Below are positions 48,744 to 57,708 of a DNA stretch of 64,000 nt, in pieces; within the stretch, counting starts at the first letter, position 1; each line of letters opens with the position of its first letter. A program made the position numbers and the translations under genes. Source of the stretch: a virus; IMG/VR virus record IMGVR_UViG_3300047564_005433, positions 9,392 to 73,391 of that record; one strand, written 5' to 3'. The notes under the pieces are model-generated. The model was given only the letters and a program-made list of their open reading frames with translations, was not told the origin of the DNA and did not search any database.

Positions 48744-49937
48744 TTACTTAGCCTCCTTAGAGATGGAAAGGGGCTTCTTCCAAGCATTCTGCAGCATGTC
48801 CATGTAGGACGAAGGAGCAGAAACGGGAGAAGCAATGGAAGCTACGGCTTTGCGCAGCTCATCAGTGGTAACAGAATCTTTGCGACCCTCAGAGAGAGTG
48901 TCAAACATTGCTTGCACGTAGTCGTCGCTCTTCTCAGAAAGATCAAGCTCATCACCACGCACTGCCTTGATGGAGTCAACCATCACTTCGCGAGCAGTTT
49001 TGCCAGCGAAAGCATAAGCTGCATCGAGCACAGGCTTGGCTTTTTCAATGAGAGCAACGCGCTCTTCCACCATGGAATCAAGATTGATTTCCTTGGCAGC
49101 AGCGAGTTCAGCGGAAAGCTCTTCCACTTGCTCAGCCAGAGCATCAGCGCGACCCTCAGCGGAATCACACTTGCCCTTCATTTCTTTTTCCATGGCGTCC
49201 ATTTCTTCCTTCATTTTGGAAGCTTCGGACATCATGCCGTCATACTTTTTCTTCATGTCCTCGTAGGACATTTTGGCGTCTTCCCGTTCTTTGGTAATCG
49301 CCAGAGCTACGCTCTCGCTCACCTCGAACTCGGCGCCATCAAAATTGACCTTAGCAGTCATAGATGGATCCTCATTATTGGGGATTAAAGATGGATCAGC
49401 GGCATCTTGGCGATCAAGATGAAGCTTCACTTGCGGGCCAGCGCGGCCACGACGAACAACAGCGATGTGATTACCAAGGATTTCCTTTTGGATGCCATCG
49501 TAATGTTCACCGCCATCAGTAACGCCAGGCGTAGGATCATAATTAACCCTATAGCCAGCGCTTACCTCACGAGCATCGCCACGCATGATGCGCTCAATGG
49601 TGTCTTGATCAGTGATTGTCATCACAGCCTTGACAAAACCATTGTCGTACACCACTTCAGTGCCGCTAAATCCTACTTGGTAGTCTTTAGTATTTTCGGC
49701 ATCAAGAAGGACGGGGGGATGCTCAGAAGTGATTGCCTTGCCCGCAAAGGAAGCAAGACTATCGGGAGAAGCCACTTCTGTTTCAGGCCTGTATTCGCGA
49801 CGCACGGAGCCATCAGCATCTGTGTAGAGCTGAATACCAGTGCGAGCAATCGAGGCCCAAGCCCGAAGATAGCCTTCAGGCGTCACCTCATATTTCTCAA
49901 TGGGAGAGAAATCGTAGCGACAAGATGTGGTGCTCAT
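48744..49937 (-). CDS. DUF2213 prohead protease/scaffold
   Basis: TPEGYL, ARTGIQ.Y, IT.EHP, E.SAGY, NHIAVV.RGRAG; C-terminal coiled coil. Confidence 0.88.
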   Translation of the reverse strand: MSTTSCRYDFSPIEKYEVTPEGYLRAWASIARTGIQLYTDADGSVRREYRPETEVASPDSLASFAGKAITSEHPPVLLDAENTKDYQVGFSGTEVVYDNGFVKAVMTITDQDTIERIMRGDAREVSAGYRVNYDPTPGVTDGGEHYDGIQKEILGNHIAVVRRGRAGPQVKLHLDRQDAADPSLIPNNEDPSMTAKVNFDGAEFEVSESVALAITKEREDAKMSYEDMKKKYDGMMSEASKMKEEMDAMEKEMKGKCDSAEGRADALAEQVEELSAELAAAKEINLDSMVEERVALIEKAKPVLDAAYAFAGKTAREVMVDSIKAVRGDELDLSEKSDDYVQAMFDTLSEGRKDSVTTDELRKAVASIASPVSAPSSYMDMLQNAWKKPLSISKEAK

Positions 49938-49999
49938 ATAATCACTTTACCAATAATTATAGTTTACAATTGAAACGGCTATTCAGGACTGAATAAAAA

Positions 50000-50284
50000 A
50001 TGTGGCTGCTTAAGAAAAGCGACGTGGATGTGCTTAAGATGCCTCATCAGCAGGCTCGTCTTCTCATTGCTTCTCGCATTAAAGAAGCCCGCCTTAATAG
50101 CGGGCTTTCTCAAAAGGACGTAGCTCAAGCTTTACATACAAGCCAAAGCTCTTATTCACGAATGGAACGCGCTGAACTGGCTCCAGATTGCGTGCAAATT
50201 CGCACTCTCAGTGGTCTCTATGGAATAAGCGTATTGTGGCTGATGGGCTACCCCTCGTTTATTCTCAACACGCGAAGAGATTAA
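50000..50284 (+). CDS. XRE-family HTH regulator
   Basis: RIKEAR...GLSQKDVA..L..SQSSYSRME. Confidence 0.85.
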   Translation: MWLLKKSDVDVLKMPHQQARLLIASRIKEARLNSGLSQKDVAQALHTSQSSYSRMERAELAPDCVQIRTLSGLYGISVLWLMGYPSFILNTRRD

Positions 50285-50592
50285 TCCTCGTCGCCGTCAT
50301 CATCACGAAGGTCGCGAAGTTGATCTTCAATGCCCTCCATAATGTATGACTTTGCCATTGCCTCAATTTCAAACGTAAGAAACTTAGTCGGATCAAAATG
50401 AGGGTCGGGCTTTTCGTAGACGCTCATCACATAGATGTGCGTCTCGTCTAGCCGGCCATTCTTGAAGCATTGCTTCTCCACTAGTTCCCATCGCGAAGTA
50501 TTGCGGTGTTCGTTAGCAGAAAGAATGGCTAAAGCCTGCATCACGCCAATACCTTCATCTTCTTGCTCGATGACGCGCACGTATTCGCTCAT
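50281..50592 (-). CDS. Hypothetical protein
   Basis: Operonic ORF. Confidence 0.55.
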   Translation of the reverse strand: MSEYVRVIEQEDEGIGVMQALAILSANEHRNTSRWELVEKQCFKNGRLDETHIYVMSVYEKPDPHFDPTKFLTFEIEAMAKSYIMEGIEDQLRDLRDDDGDED

Positions 50593-50948
50593 TGGCTTGT
50601 ATTACGACTTTCTACCATCTTAATGATGCGTTTAGCCCATGCCCTCCCGGCATCTCCTCCCCATAGCAACCAAGCAATATATCCAGCGTCGTTTTCCCCG
50701 CCGCTTTTATTCTTCTCATGACGAGAAAAGAATGCAGACATACGTTTGATTGTGGCATAGCTGATCTTGCTGCCACCAGCCAAATCACCAGCTCTAGCAA
50801 CGCCACTGCCAATGCTCTGTTTACCAGCTTCCTGCGTTGTTAAGCCGCCTTTGCCATGCTTCTTGCGCAGTTCTAGTCCTCGACGGGCAGCACTTCGCAC
50901 AGCAGCAGGAGGGGAGAAACTCTCAGCGTCTCCCCTCAGCGCTTTTTT
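50589..50948 (-). CDS. Head-associated domain, probably made by -1 frameshift from 50936-51193
   Basis: PP..VR.AARRGLELR...RM..FF.RH.KN...G.IAW.LWGG.AG..WA; only a GTG start, in frame with an A AAA AAG slippery site. Confidence 0.6.
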   Translation of the reverse strand, partial: KKALRGDAESFSPPAAVRSAARRGLELRKKHGKGGLTTQEAGKQSIGSGVARAGDLAGGSKISYATIKRMSAFFSRHEKNKSGGENDAGYIAWLLWGGDAGRAWAKRIIKMVESRNTSQ

Positions 50949-51193
50949 CCGCAGCTCCCATCCATTTCCTCTTCTTCCTCTTCCTCTTCGCCAATCATCT
51001 CCTTAAAGAATCCCATGTAGTATTCATCGCTCATGTCTTCTTTCGGTTTGCGCGTCATGCCAGCTTCAGACAAGGCAATTGCTAGTGCCTGCTTCGGGCT
51101 CTTCACCGCCTCGCCACTGCTGCTCTTTAGCTTGCCACTTTTGTATTCGCGCATCACCTTGGCAATTTTTACCTGCTTTTCCTTCTTGGTCAT
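50936..51193 (-). CDS. Small head-region protein (K..KVMREYK.G.L.S..G..V....QA.AIALSEA family)
   Basis: Recognisable phage motif plus an acidic tail. Confidence 0.7.
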   Translation of the reverse strand: MTKKEKQVKIAKVMREYKSGKLKSSSGEAVKSPKQALAIALSEAGMTRKPKEDMSDEYYMGFFKEMIGEEEEEEEEMDGSCGKKR

Positions 51194-51220
51194 AACGCTA
51201 AATGCTTTCCTTAAGCATAA

Positions 51221-51937
51221 TCAATGGATGAATCCTATAGGAGCAGTGGCAATGTTCATGCCAGGGAAAAGCTTGTCGCGATACAAAACCATGCCAGTAA
51301 TGAGACGTTCGGCAATGAAGGCCAACGCTCGCTTGTCATAGCCTCCAATGCGAAGAAACTGCTCTTCGTGCTTATGCCAAATGGGAGCAAGCGCGACAAA
51401 CAATGCGCTCATGAATTGTTTGTATTGCACGTTGGCTCCCCTGGCCATATTGCAGCCAATAAAGCTATTTTGCTTCCAAATGGCATCAATTTCTTCACGA
51501 GAGAAAATCCAACTCCCAGAATCGGCAAGCTCTCTAGTTATTGCAGGAGCATCAAAGGCAGAATGTCCACCATAAAACTGCTGCTCCAGCGTGCAATTGA
51601 ACAGTGCAGGCTCGGGAAAATACAACGTATTTTCGTCATACCATTGATCATTTGGCTCTAACCAATTACGCCTGTATTGCGCATTGCCAATGTTTTTCTC
51701 ATTCGCATTGAGAATCATCCAAGAAATACAAGACAGCTCTCCCCAGCGACTATTAAGCCGCGAAAGGGAAGCATTCTCATCATCGAACACATAGCCCTGT
51801 AAACGAAGCGCTTCACGCTCTTCGCTTGACAAAACATGCGCCCCTCCCATGATGGGAACAATGGAAGAGCGAGCTTCGTAGCGCACTTTCTCGCCTGGAA
51901 TGCAAACGGCATAAATAGTGCAATCAGACGGTTGCAT
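51221..51937 (-). CDS. DUF4422-like glycosyltransferase
   Basis: N..WGEL....W, IG..QYRR, CNM, R...FIAERL motifs. Confidence 0.7.
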   Translation of the reverse strand: MQPSDCTIYAVCIPGEKVRYEARSSIVPIMGGAHVLSSEEREALRLQGYVFDDENASLSRLNSRWGELSCISWMILNANEKNIGNAQYRRNWLEPNDQWYDENTLYFPEPALFNCTLEQQFYGGHSAFDAPAITRELADSGSWIFSREEIDAIWKQNSFIGCNMARGANVQYKQFMSALFVALAPIWHKHEEQFLRIGGYDKRALAFIAERLITGMVLYRDKLFPGMNIATAPIGFIH

Positions 51938-52649
51938 ACACTTTCCTCGCAGACCAAAGCTCGTTGTAATTATTCACGCCTTTAGCGCCAAGACCAGTCA
52001 AGTCGCCACCTCCTGCAGGCTTGCTCCAGGCCATGATCGTACCATCAGGCAGCACAAAAGCTCTATTCTTCTGGTCGTATGTTGGCGTTAGCTCAAGATA
52101 ATCTCCATAGACGAAATTGGCTTGACTTCCGTTGAAAGCAAGCGCCTTGCCCAGTAACGTAGGACCAGTAGGGCACAATGGCGTGATTCCATAGTATTGA
52201 TTTTGGCAATTGGCCACAATCATTTCAATGGCCATTTGCAGCGCTGCATTGTTTGGCTTTGAATAGAGAACGGTGGTAGCGCATGCCCAACTGGTATAGC
52301 TGAACCGTTGAATGTCACGAAAAGCCAAGAATTCAATGCGATCCCCAAGGTCCACTGCGTTGAAAGCTCTCACGCCAATATCGAAATACCAGCCGCCAAG
52401 TTTGTTTAACAAGCAAAACCGCCCAAGATCTGCTTTGTAAGAAAATGGCACCAGGCAATCATATGCCCACGCCACTTCTTCCCCATAGTTCTCCGCAATA
52501 AAAGCACGCAGTGAAGCGTCGCTGTAAATGACATGCTCCGCACTGGGGAAGCACGCATCAATGGTGCCAGTGGCGTGCTTAAGAAATGGACTCAGCTCTT
52601 CCGCTGGATCAGTGGAAAGAAAGATTTGTGAAATTTGCATGGTGATCAA
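51924..52649 (-). CDS. GT32 / sugar-binding-region glycosyltransferase
   Basis: AY..L.P.SYKADL.R.CLL...GGWY.D, TGP.LLG. Confidence 0.8.
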   Translation of the reverse strand: MITMQISQIFLSTDPAEELSPFLKHATGTIDACFPSAEHVIYSDASLRAFIAENYGEEVAWAYDCLVPFSYKADLGRFCLLNKLGGWYFDIGVRAFNAVDLGDRIEFLAFRDIQRFSYTSWACATTVLYSKPNNAALQMAIEMIVANCQNQYYGITPLCPTGPTLLGKALAFNGSQANFVYGDYLELTPTYDQKNRAFVLPDGTIMAWSKPAGGGDLTGLGAKGVNNYNELWSARKVYATV

Positions 52650-53869
52650 ACAATTTTGGCGGGAGTACCAAAGCCCTTAAATTCGGGCTCTGCAGGCTTG
52701 GTGGCGAGTGTTTCACTCACTGCATCTTTAAGCTGCTGTTGAATGTAGGGCCAAGTAAAAGGCTCTTCATGCAGACGGTTATAGCACCATTGCCCATGCT
52801 TCTTCAAAATGTCGCGATTCTCATAGTAATAAGTGAGAATATTGGCGGCACACTCAGGGTCTGGCAACAATCGCTCAAGTCCATAGTTCCTATCAGTCTC
52901 ACTGGCGTTGCATTCAATGCGAGGCATCTCATCAAAAATTTCAGCCAAGCTCGTATGATCAGGAACCACTTGCGCCACGCCAGTGGCACCATGTTCCGAG
53001 TTGACCAAGCCCCACCCTTCGCCAATGCAAGTGTTAATGCCAATATCAGCAGCGTTATACACTTGATTGAGCTGTTCAATGGGGAGGCAATTGTCCACTG
53101 AATAATGCGGGCTTGTCAAGATAAGCTTGCCAGTGGCATCAAACCCTTCGTCACGCGCAACGCGCTTAAATAATGGAACCAACTCCCATCCCAAATCCTT
53201 GCTGCCCATATTGAGCCATAGCCGAGCATCGTCTTTGTCCTTGGCAAATTTGATGAATGCTTTAATGGTCAAGTCGATGCGCTTACGCGGCTGATTTCTA
53301 TTGCCATTGAACACGACAAACACATCTTCTGGTACGCCAAGTTTCTTGCGGCATTCCTGCTTGTCGAGCGGGAAGAACTTCGTGAAATCAGTGCCATGGC
53401 CAATGATACGCACGGGCTTTGTATAGCCCATCAGTTCAAGCTCTTTCTTGGCAAATTCTGTGTAAGTGGCAAGGCCGTCCCACTCCATCATGGGCTTGGC
53501 CAGATCTGGGAACAAACCGTAGGAGTCAATGGGTGTGTAGACGAACCATTTGAAACCGAGCTGCTCCTTGAGGGGCTTCGCCTTTTCCCATAGTTGCAAT
53601 GCAATCCAAATATCGTTTGTCACCCACACAAGATCGGGCTTAAAAGCTTGAATAACTCCAGTGATGCGATGGGAACCGAATGGGTCGGAGCCATGAAGCA
53701 TGGCTGGATAAACCGTATAGTTCTTTGCTTCTGGATGTGGGTCTCCATGAAAGTTGACCGCCAAAACCGCCACTTCATGCTCTTCTGCCAGTGCGGGCAG
53801 CAAATATTGAGCCACTCTCCCAAAACCAGTTTCTACAAAAGCATCGCCACAGTACAGAATACGAGCCAT
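52646..53869 (-). CDS. GT-B (GT4-like) glycosyltransferase
   Basis: TGFGRV, NRNQPRKRID, YNAADIG.NT..GEGWGL...E. Confidence 0.88.
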   Translation of the reverse strand: MARILYCGDAFVETGFGRVAQYLLPALAEEHEVAVLAVNFHGDPHPEAKNYTVYPAMLHGSDPFGSHRITGVIQAFKPDLVWVTNDIWIALQLWEKAKPLKEQLGFKWFVYTPIDSYGLFPDLAKPMMEWDGLATYTEFAKKELELMGYTKPVRIIGHGTDFTKFFPLDKQECRKKLGVPEDVFVVFNGNRNQPRKRIDLTIKAFIKFAKDKDDARLWLNMGSKDLGWELVPLFKRVARDEGFDATGKLILTSPHYSVDNCLPIEQLNQVYNAADIGINTCIGEGWGLVNSEHGATGVAQVVPDHTSLAEIFDEMPRIECNASETDRNYGLERLLPDPECAANILTYYYENRDILKKHGQWCYNRLHEEPFTWPYIQQQLKDAVSETLATKPAEPEFKGFGTPAKIV

Positions 53870-53930
53870 GATCTCCTCTAAATCTTCGTCATCTTAAGGG
53901 CCTTTTATACTGACGGCAAAAGGAGGCTAG

Positions 53931-54626
53931 ATGATTCTTCCAGAAGGCTCAATCCGCTTTTGCATTAGTACGTGCAAGAAGTTTGCTCCGCACACAATTC
54001 CCGTCATTATTCCTAGCTTGCTTGCTGCTGGACTAAAGCCAGAGGAGATTTTGATTGTCAATGGTGGGCAAACCGTCAGGGCTTTCACCAGCTACAAAGA
54101 CGTGCCAATGCTGCTGACGCAGCAAAATTCCTTTGAATACACGCCGCTCATTGAAATTGTTGAGCATTCGATGGAGAGTCCATATTGGTTCCTCCTGCAC
54201 GACACTTGCATTGCAGGCCCCACTTTCAGACAGCTCGCTTACGAACCTCCAGTGAAAGCGCCAGAAAAGGTGGCAATGAAACACACGCCCTCCATGAGCA
54301 TCGGTCTTTACCGCCACGACTACCTCATGGCCCACAAGGAGCGCTTGGTGGCCATTAAGAACACAGACAGCTCACCAGATGCGCTGCAGCAATGGAAGCA
54401 ATGGGGCGTACCGAACGAAGACTATATGCTCTGGAAACTCCAGGACGTGCCTTGCCATATTTACCACCCCGATAAGCATGGTCCTGATGAATGGAATTAT
54501 CAAGGGCATGCCGATCCATATGGCACTGGCATGCAGCGTCGCATTGAATATTTCCCTCAACTGCACCTTGCTAAAGCCAAAAGCAATTGGCAGGGCGTTC
54601 AACCCCACCTCTGCATTGACATCTGA
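53931..54626 (+). CDS. GT-A-like putative glycosyltransferase
   Basis: SL...G.....I.IV.GG, NSFE...LI, WFLLHDTC; strong RBS AGGAGG. Confidence 0.55.
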   Translation: MILPEGSIRFCISTCKKFAPHTIPVIIPSLLAAGLKPEEILIVNGGQTVRAFTSYKDVPMLLTQQNSFEYTPLIEIVEHSMESPYWFLLHDTCIAGPTFRQLAYEPPVKAPEKVAMKHTPSMSIGLYRHDYLMAHKERLVAIKNTDSSPDALQQWKQWGVPNEDYMLWKLQDVPCHIYHPDKHGPDEWNYQGHADPYGTGMQRRIEYFPQLHLAKAKSNWQGVQPHLCIDI

Positions 54627-55579
54627 TGAAGCGCTTGGCAATTATTGGCGGAGGCTGGGTGGGATGCCATTTGGCAATGAAATTCCGCGATGAGATGGAA
54701 GTGACGCTGTATGAAAAGAATCATACACTCATTTCAGAAACGTCTTTTATCAATCAAAACCGTTTGCATTATGGCTATCACTATGCCAGAAATGCCGCCA
54801 CTCGTCGCTTGTGTGCTACCACTTTTGTGCGCTTTATGGAGGACTACGGCGATCTTGTTTATGACGTAGAGAATAATTACTACGCCGTATCAGAAGACGA
54901 AAGTCTTCTTGACGCTGAAACCATTTCAATTATTTTCGGGAATGGCCCGCATCGCTCTCTGGATCCACAAGTTTTTAACCACACATCGCTTTTGTTAAAT
55001 ACGCCTGAAAAGCGCATTGATGCCATCGGAGCGAGCCTGTACTTTCAATGGCGCCTAGAGCCACTGGTTAAAAAGGAAAAGATTCAACGATGCAATCTGC
55101 AAGCGCTAAAGCAAGATTACGATTTTGTTTTTGATTGCACCAACAACTCTCTTCTGGAGCCCTTGCCTTCTCAATTCTTTGAGGCAGTGGCCATGTTTAT
55201 TTATCGCCCCAAGAAAGCTCTTCCATTCGGCGCTCTCACTTACATTGATGGCGAATTGTTCTCCATCTATCCATACAACGACAGATGCTTCTCACTGAGT
55301 CACGTGAGGCATGGAATTATGCTTGGCAATTCGCTTGACGATGCGGACAATGCAAGACGCAAGATTGAGCAGCACGTAGAGCGCTACTGGCCTGACTTTG
55401 CTGATAGCTTTGACTATCTATTCCCAACGTTTTCTATCAAAGCAAAAACCAAAGACAGCAGTGCTAATCGCACTCCGCTAATGCGCCAAGAAGACAATTT
55501 GTTTTCTTTCTTCACTGGCAAAATCCAGGGCATCTATGCCATCGAGCAAATGGCAAGGCAAATTATCGCTCAGCCATAA
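54626..55579 (+). CDS. FAD-dependent oxidoreductase
   Basis: IIGGGWVG, LYEK, S..NQNRLH.GYHY.R, DG...SIYPY, GKI. Confidence 0.85.
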   Translation: MKRLAIIGGGWVGCHLAMKFRDEMEVTLYEKNHTLISETSFINQNRLHYGYHYARNAATRRLCATTFVRFMEDYGDLVYDVENNYYAVSEDESLLDAETISIIFGNGPHRSLDPQVFNHTSLLLNTPEKRIDAIGASLYFQWRLEPLVKKEKIQRCNLQALKQDYDFVFDCTNNSLLEPLPSQFFEAVAMFIYRPKKALPFGALTYIDGELFSIYPYNDRCFSLSHVRHGIMLGNSLDDADNARRKIEQHVERYWPDFADSFDYLFPTFSIKAKTKDSSANRTPLMRQEDNLFSFFTGKIQGIYAIEQMARQIIAQP

Positions 55580-56313
55580 AGCTGTCTAAATAAAGGATAT
55601 TCACGATGATGCTTAGAGGCATTGGCTAGTTCGCGAGTGATGCCATATTGATATGAACTTGCATTGAGAAGAAGCTTAATTTGTTTATGCTCATATTGAT
55701 TAAGGATGGGACCATTGTCAGTGTCGCTGATATGCACATGAGCAATGAAGCGGAAATAATGCTTGATAATTTTTGTGGGGCTATCTCCCTGAAGCCAAGC
55801 ATTATTAGTGTCGAGCATCGTCTTTACATTGCGCAGATCATAGAAATCAATGTGATTGACAATTTCTTCGACTGTATAGAAATACTTTCCACCAAATGCT
55901 TTAGCAATGGGTTCAATGCAGAGGATGGCGTCGTTTGCTTCCAGGATTGAATCCATACGCTTGAGAGTTTCCATCAGGCTTGACGGGCTCCCCCTGCGCA
56001 ATGCAGGGCTGCCAAGCACAAAGCGTTTGATGCCCATTAACGAACCTAGCCTCACCACTCGCAACAAATGCTCTTGAGTGGCAGCAGTGTCTTCAAAGCT
56101 TTGCACCGCACTGTCATAAAATAATGCTTGAGCTGAATATGCCCAGAGTCCATAATCCTCTCTGTAGCGTTTTGCGATGTCGCCAAAGTCTTCATTTCTG
56201 GCGAAGATGCGAGACGGTACTAGCTCAATGAAATTGAAAGCGCCAGCATTGGCGCTTAAGATTTCATGCTCCTCTTCGTCCTTCCAGCCAATGGCACTAA
56301 TTCCAAGCATCAA
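55570..56313 (-). CDS. Sugar phosphate isomerase/epimerase (xylose isomerase-like TIM barrel)
   Basis: IS.IGW, IE.VP, Q.LF, V.GSP..R, IEP, DT, HVHIS. Confidence 0.8.
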   Translation of the reverse strand: MMLGISAIGWKDEEEHEILSANAGAFNFIELVPSRIFARNEDFGDIAKRYREDYGLWAYSAQALFYDSAVQSFEDTAATQEHLLRVVRLGSLMGIKRFVLGSPALRRGSPSSLMETLKRMDSILEANDAILCIEPIAKAFGGKYFYTVEEIVNHIDFYDLRNVKTMLDTNNAWLQGDSPTKIIKHYFRFIAHVHISDTDNGPILNQYEHKQIKLLLNASSYQYGITRELANASKHHREYPLFRQLYG

Positions 56314-57022
56314 TCAAAGCTCCCATCTTCTTCATTGTTTCTTCTTTGCTAGCAGAATATGGAGCGTAATTGTATTCAACACGCTTGCCACAATCAACTA
56401 TTTCCCTTGCCCATGGGAACCATTTGTCAATAATTTCTAAGGTTTCAACAGGCTCAGGAAACCACTGATGCTCTTCTCCTTTTCTGCAGGCTTCAGTGTC
56501 GGCCCATAGATCATTTAAATCGTACCATTGATAAGCTGAATTTGCGTTAATCTTCTCTACGTTATTTTTGTTGAGAAGATCAAACAGCACGTTCTTTTTA
56601 ATGCGCCGATGGAATAATGCAGGAAGGCGAATAATGGTGATAATTGATTCAGGGAAAGTGCCCCTGACTAGTATTTCAAAAATATAACGAACAGAGCCAT
56701 AGTCAATCCCGTGAATTTCAGGGAAGTTTTGCACATATTTGCAAGTTTGGCTGTAAATATCAATGGTGGAATAGAGAATAATTTCCCTCGGTTTCCATAG
56801 TCTTATTTTTGTAACGACGTGATACATATTGTTGAAGTCATCCATAGGGGCTTGGTTTGCCTTCCATTTTTCCGCCGGCAAACAAGCCAAGTAAAGCTTG
56901 TCAACATCTTCCTTTATCAATGGTGCAAGGTGAATGTTCTCGGAATTAAAGCGGCAATCAAACTCGTGATATTCACGAAGCACGCTGCCAATCAAGCCCG
57001 TGCTTCCAACCAAAACGTCCAT
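56297..57022 (-). CDS. NAD(P)-binding Rossmann epimerase/dehydratase-like protein
   Basis: LVGSTGLIGS.L, FNS.NI, A.KW.AN..P..D, STIDIY, YG..R, IIRLPALF...KKN..FDL. Confidence 0.8.
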   Translation of the reverse strand: MDVLVGSTGLIGSVLREYHEFDCRFNSENIHLAPLIKEDVDKLYLACLPAEKWKANQAPMDDFNNMYHVVTKIRLWKPREIILYSTIDIYSQTCKYVQNFPEIHGIDYGSVRYIFEILVRGTFPESIITIIRLPALFHRRIKKNVLFDLLNKNNVEKINANSAYQWYDLNDLWADTEACRKGEEHQWFPEPVETLEIIDKWFPWAREIVDCGKRVEYNYAPYSASKEETMKKMGALIDAWN

Positions 57023-57024
57023 GT

Positions 57025-57708
57025 TCAAACGGCCACGACTGGCGCTTGTTGACGCATGTATTGTACGCGGCATCTGCAATTAGAAAGGCACGCACATCGC
57101 TGTCCTGGCATTGGCAAGCTTCCTATGGGAACAACGCCCCTCGCGGCAAAGCGCACGCAATCCTCACAATGCTTTGCCTGTGGATCAAGGATGCGTCGCA
57201 TCAAGCTATAACCTTGTCGCTCTTGTCGAATTGCACTGCCTTCCCAGTAAGAGCCTCGCACAGCTTGAGAATACATGCCGATACGAGCAATAGCCATGGG
57301 AGCAGAAATGCTCCCAGCCAGAAGATCGCGAGCAAAACCCTCCAGGTAACGGTATTCCGCACGAAGCCTTTGGCCAATGCGGCCCCAATCTGAAGCCTGC
57401 ATATTATCCCTGCCACCATTGCCAATGATTGCTGCTTGTACATGCGCAAGCTTAAGCGCTTCCCTTACGCTTTCTTGCCATTGAACCAAGCCAATAGAGC
57501 CGTCATCAAGCATGTTTGTAAGACGACGCAGCAAAGTGCCAAGCTTGTTAATTCGACCATCAAACAAAGCTTCAACGGCAGACTGACTAAGGAAGCGTCC
57601 GTTACTTCCGCGATAACGGCCAGTAACGGGGTCGTAGCGCCATGAGGATTCATCAAGACGCAGTTCAAGAGCGGCAGCGAACGTTGATAAATCATTCAGG
57701 CCTTGCAT
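57025..57708 (-). CDS. Minor head protein (Mu gpF/SPP1 gp7-like C-terminus)
   Basis: Follows the portal gene; HC.DC...PG..C.C..NCRC. Confidence 0.65.
   Translation of the reverse strand: MQGLNDLSTFAAALELRLDESSWRYDPVTGRYRGSNGRFLSQSAVEALFDGRINKLGTLLRRLTNMLDDGSIGLVQWQESVREALKLAHVQAAIIGNGGRDNMQASDWGRIGQRLRAEYRYLEGFARDLLAGSISAPMAIARIGMYSQAVRGSYWEGSAIRQERQGYSLMRRILDPQAKHCEDCVRFAARGVVPIGSLPMPGQRCACLSNCRCRVQYMRQQAPVVAV

Noticed and set aside
50000-50284. XRE gene plus integrase as a classical lysogeny switch
   Set aside because: The genes are 26 kb apart, with no peptidase domain, cro partner or attP visible; lysogeny is neither supported nor excluded
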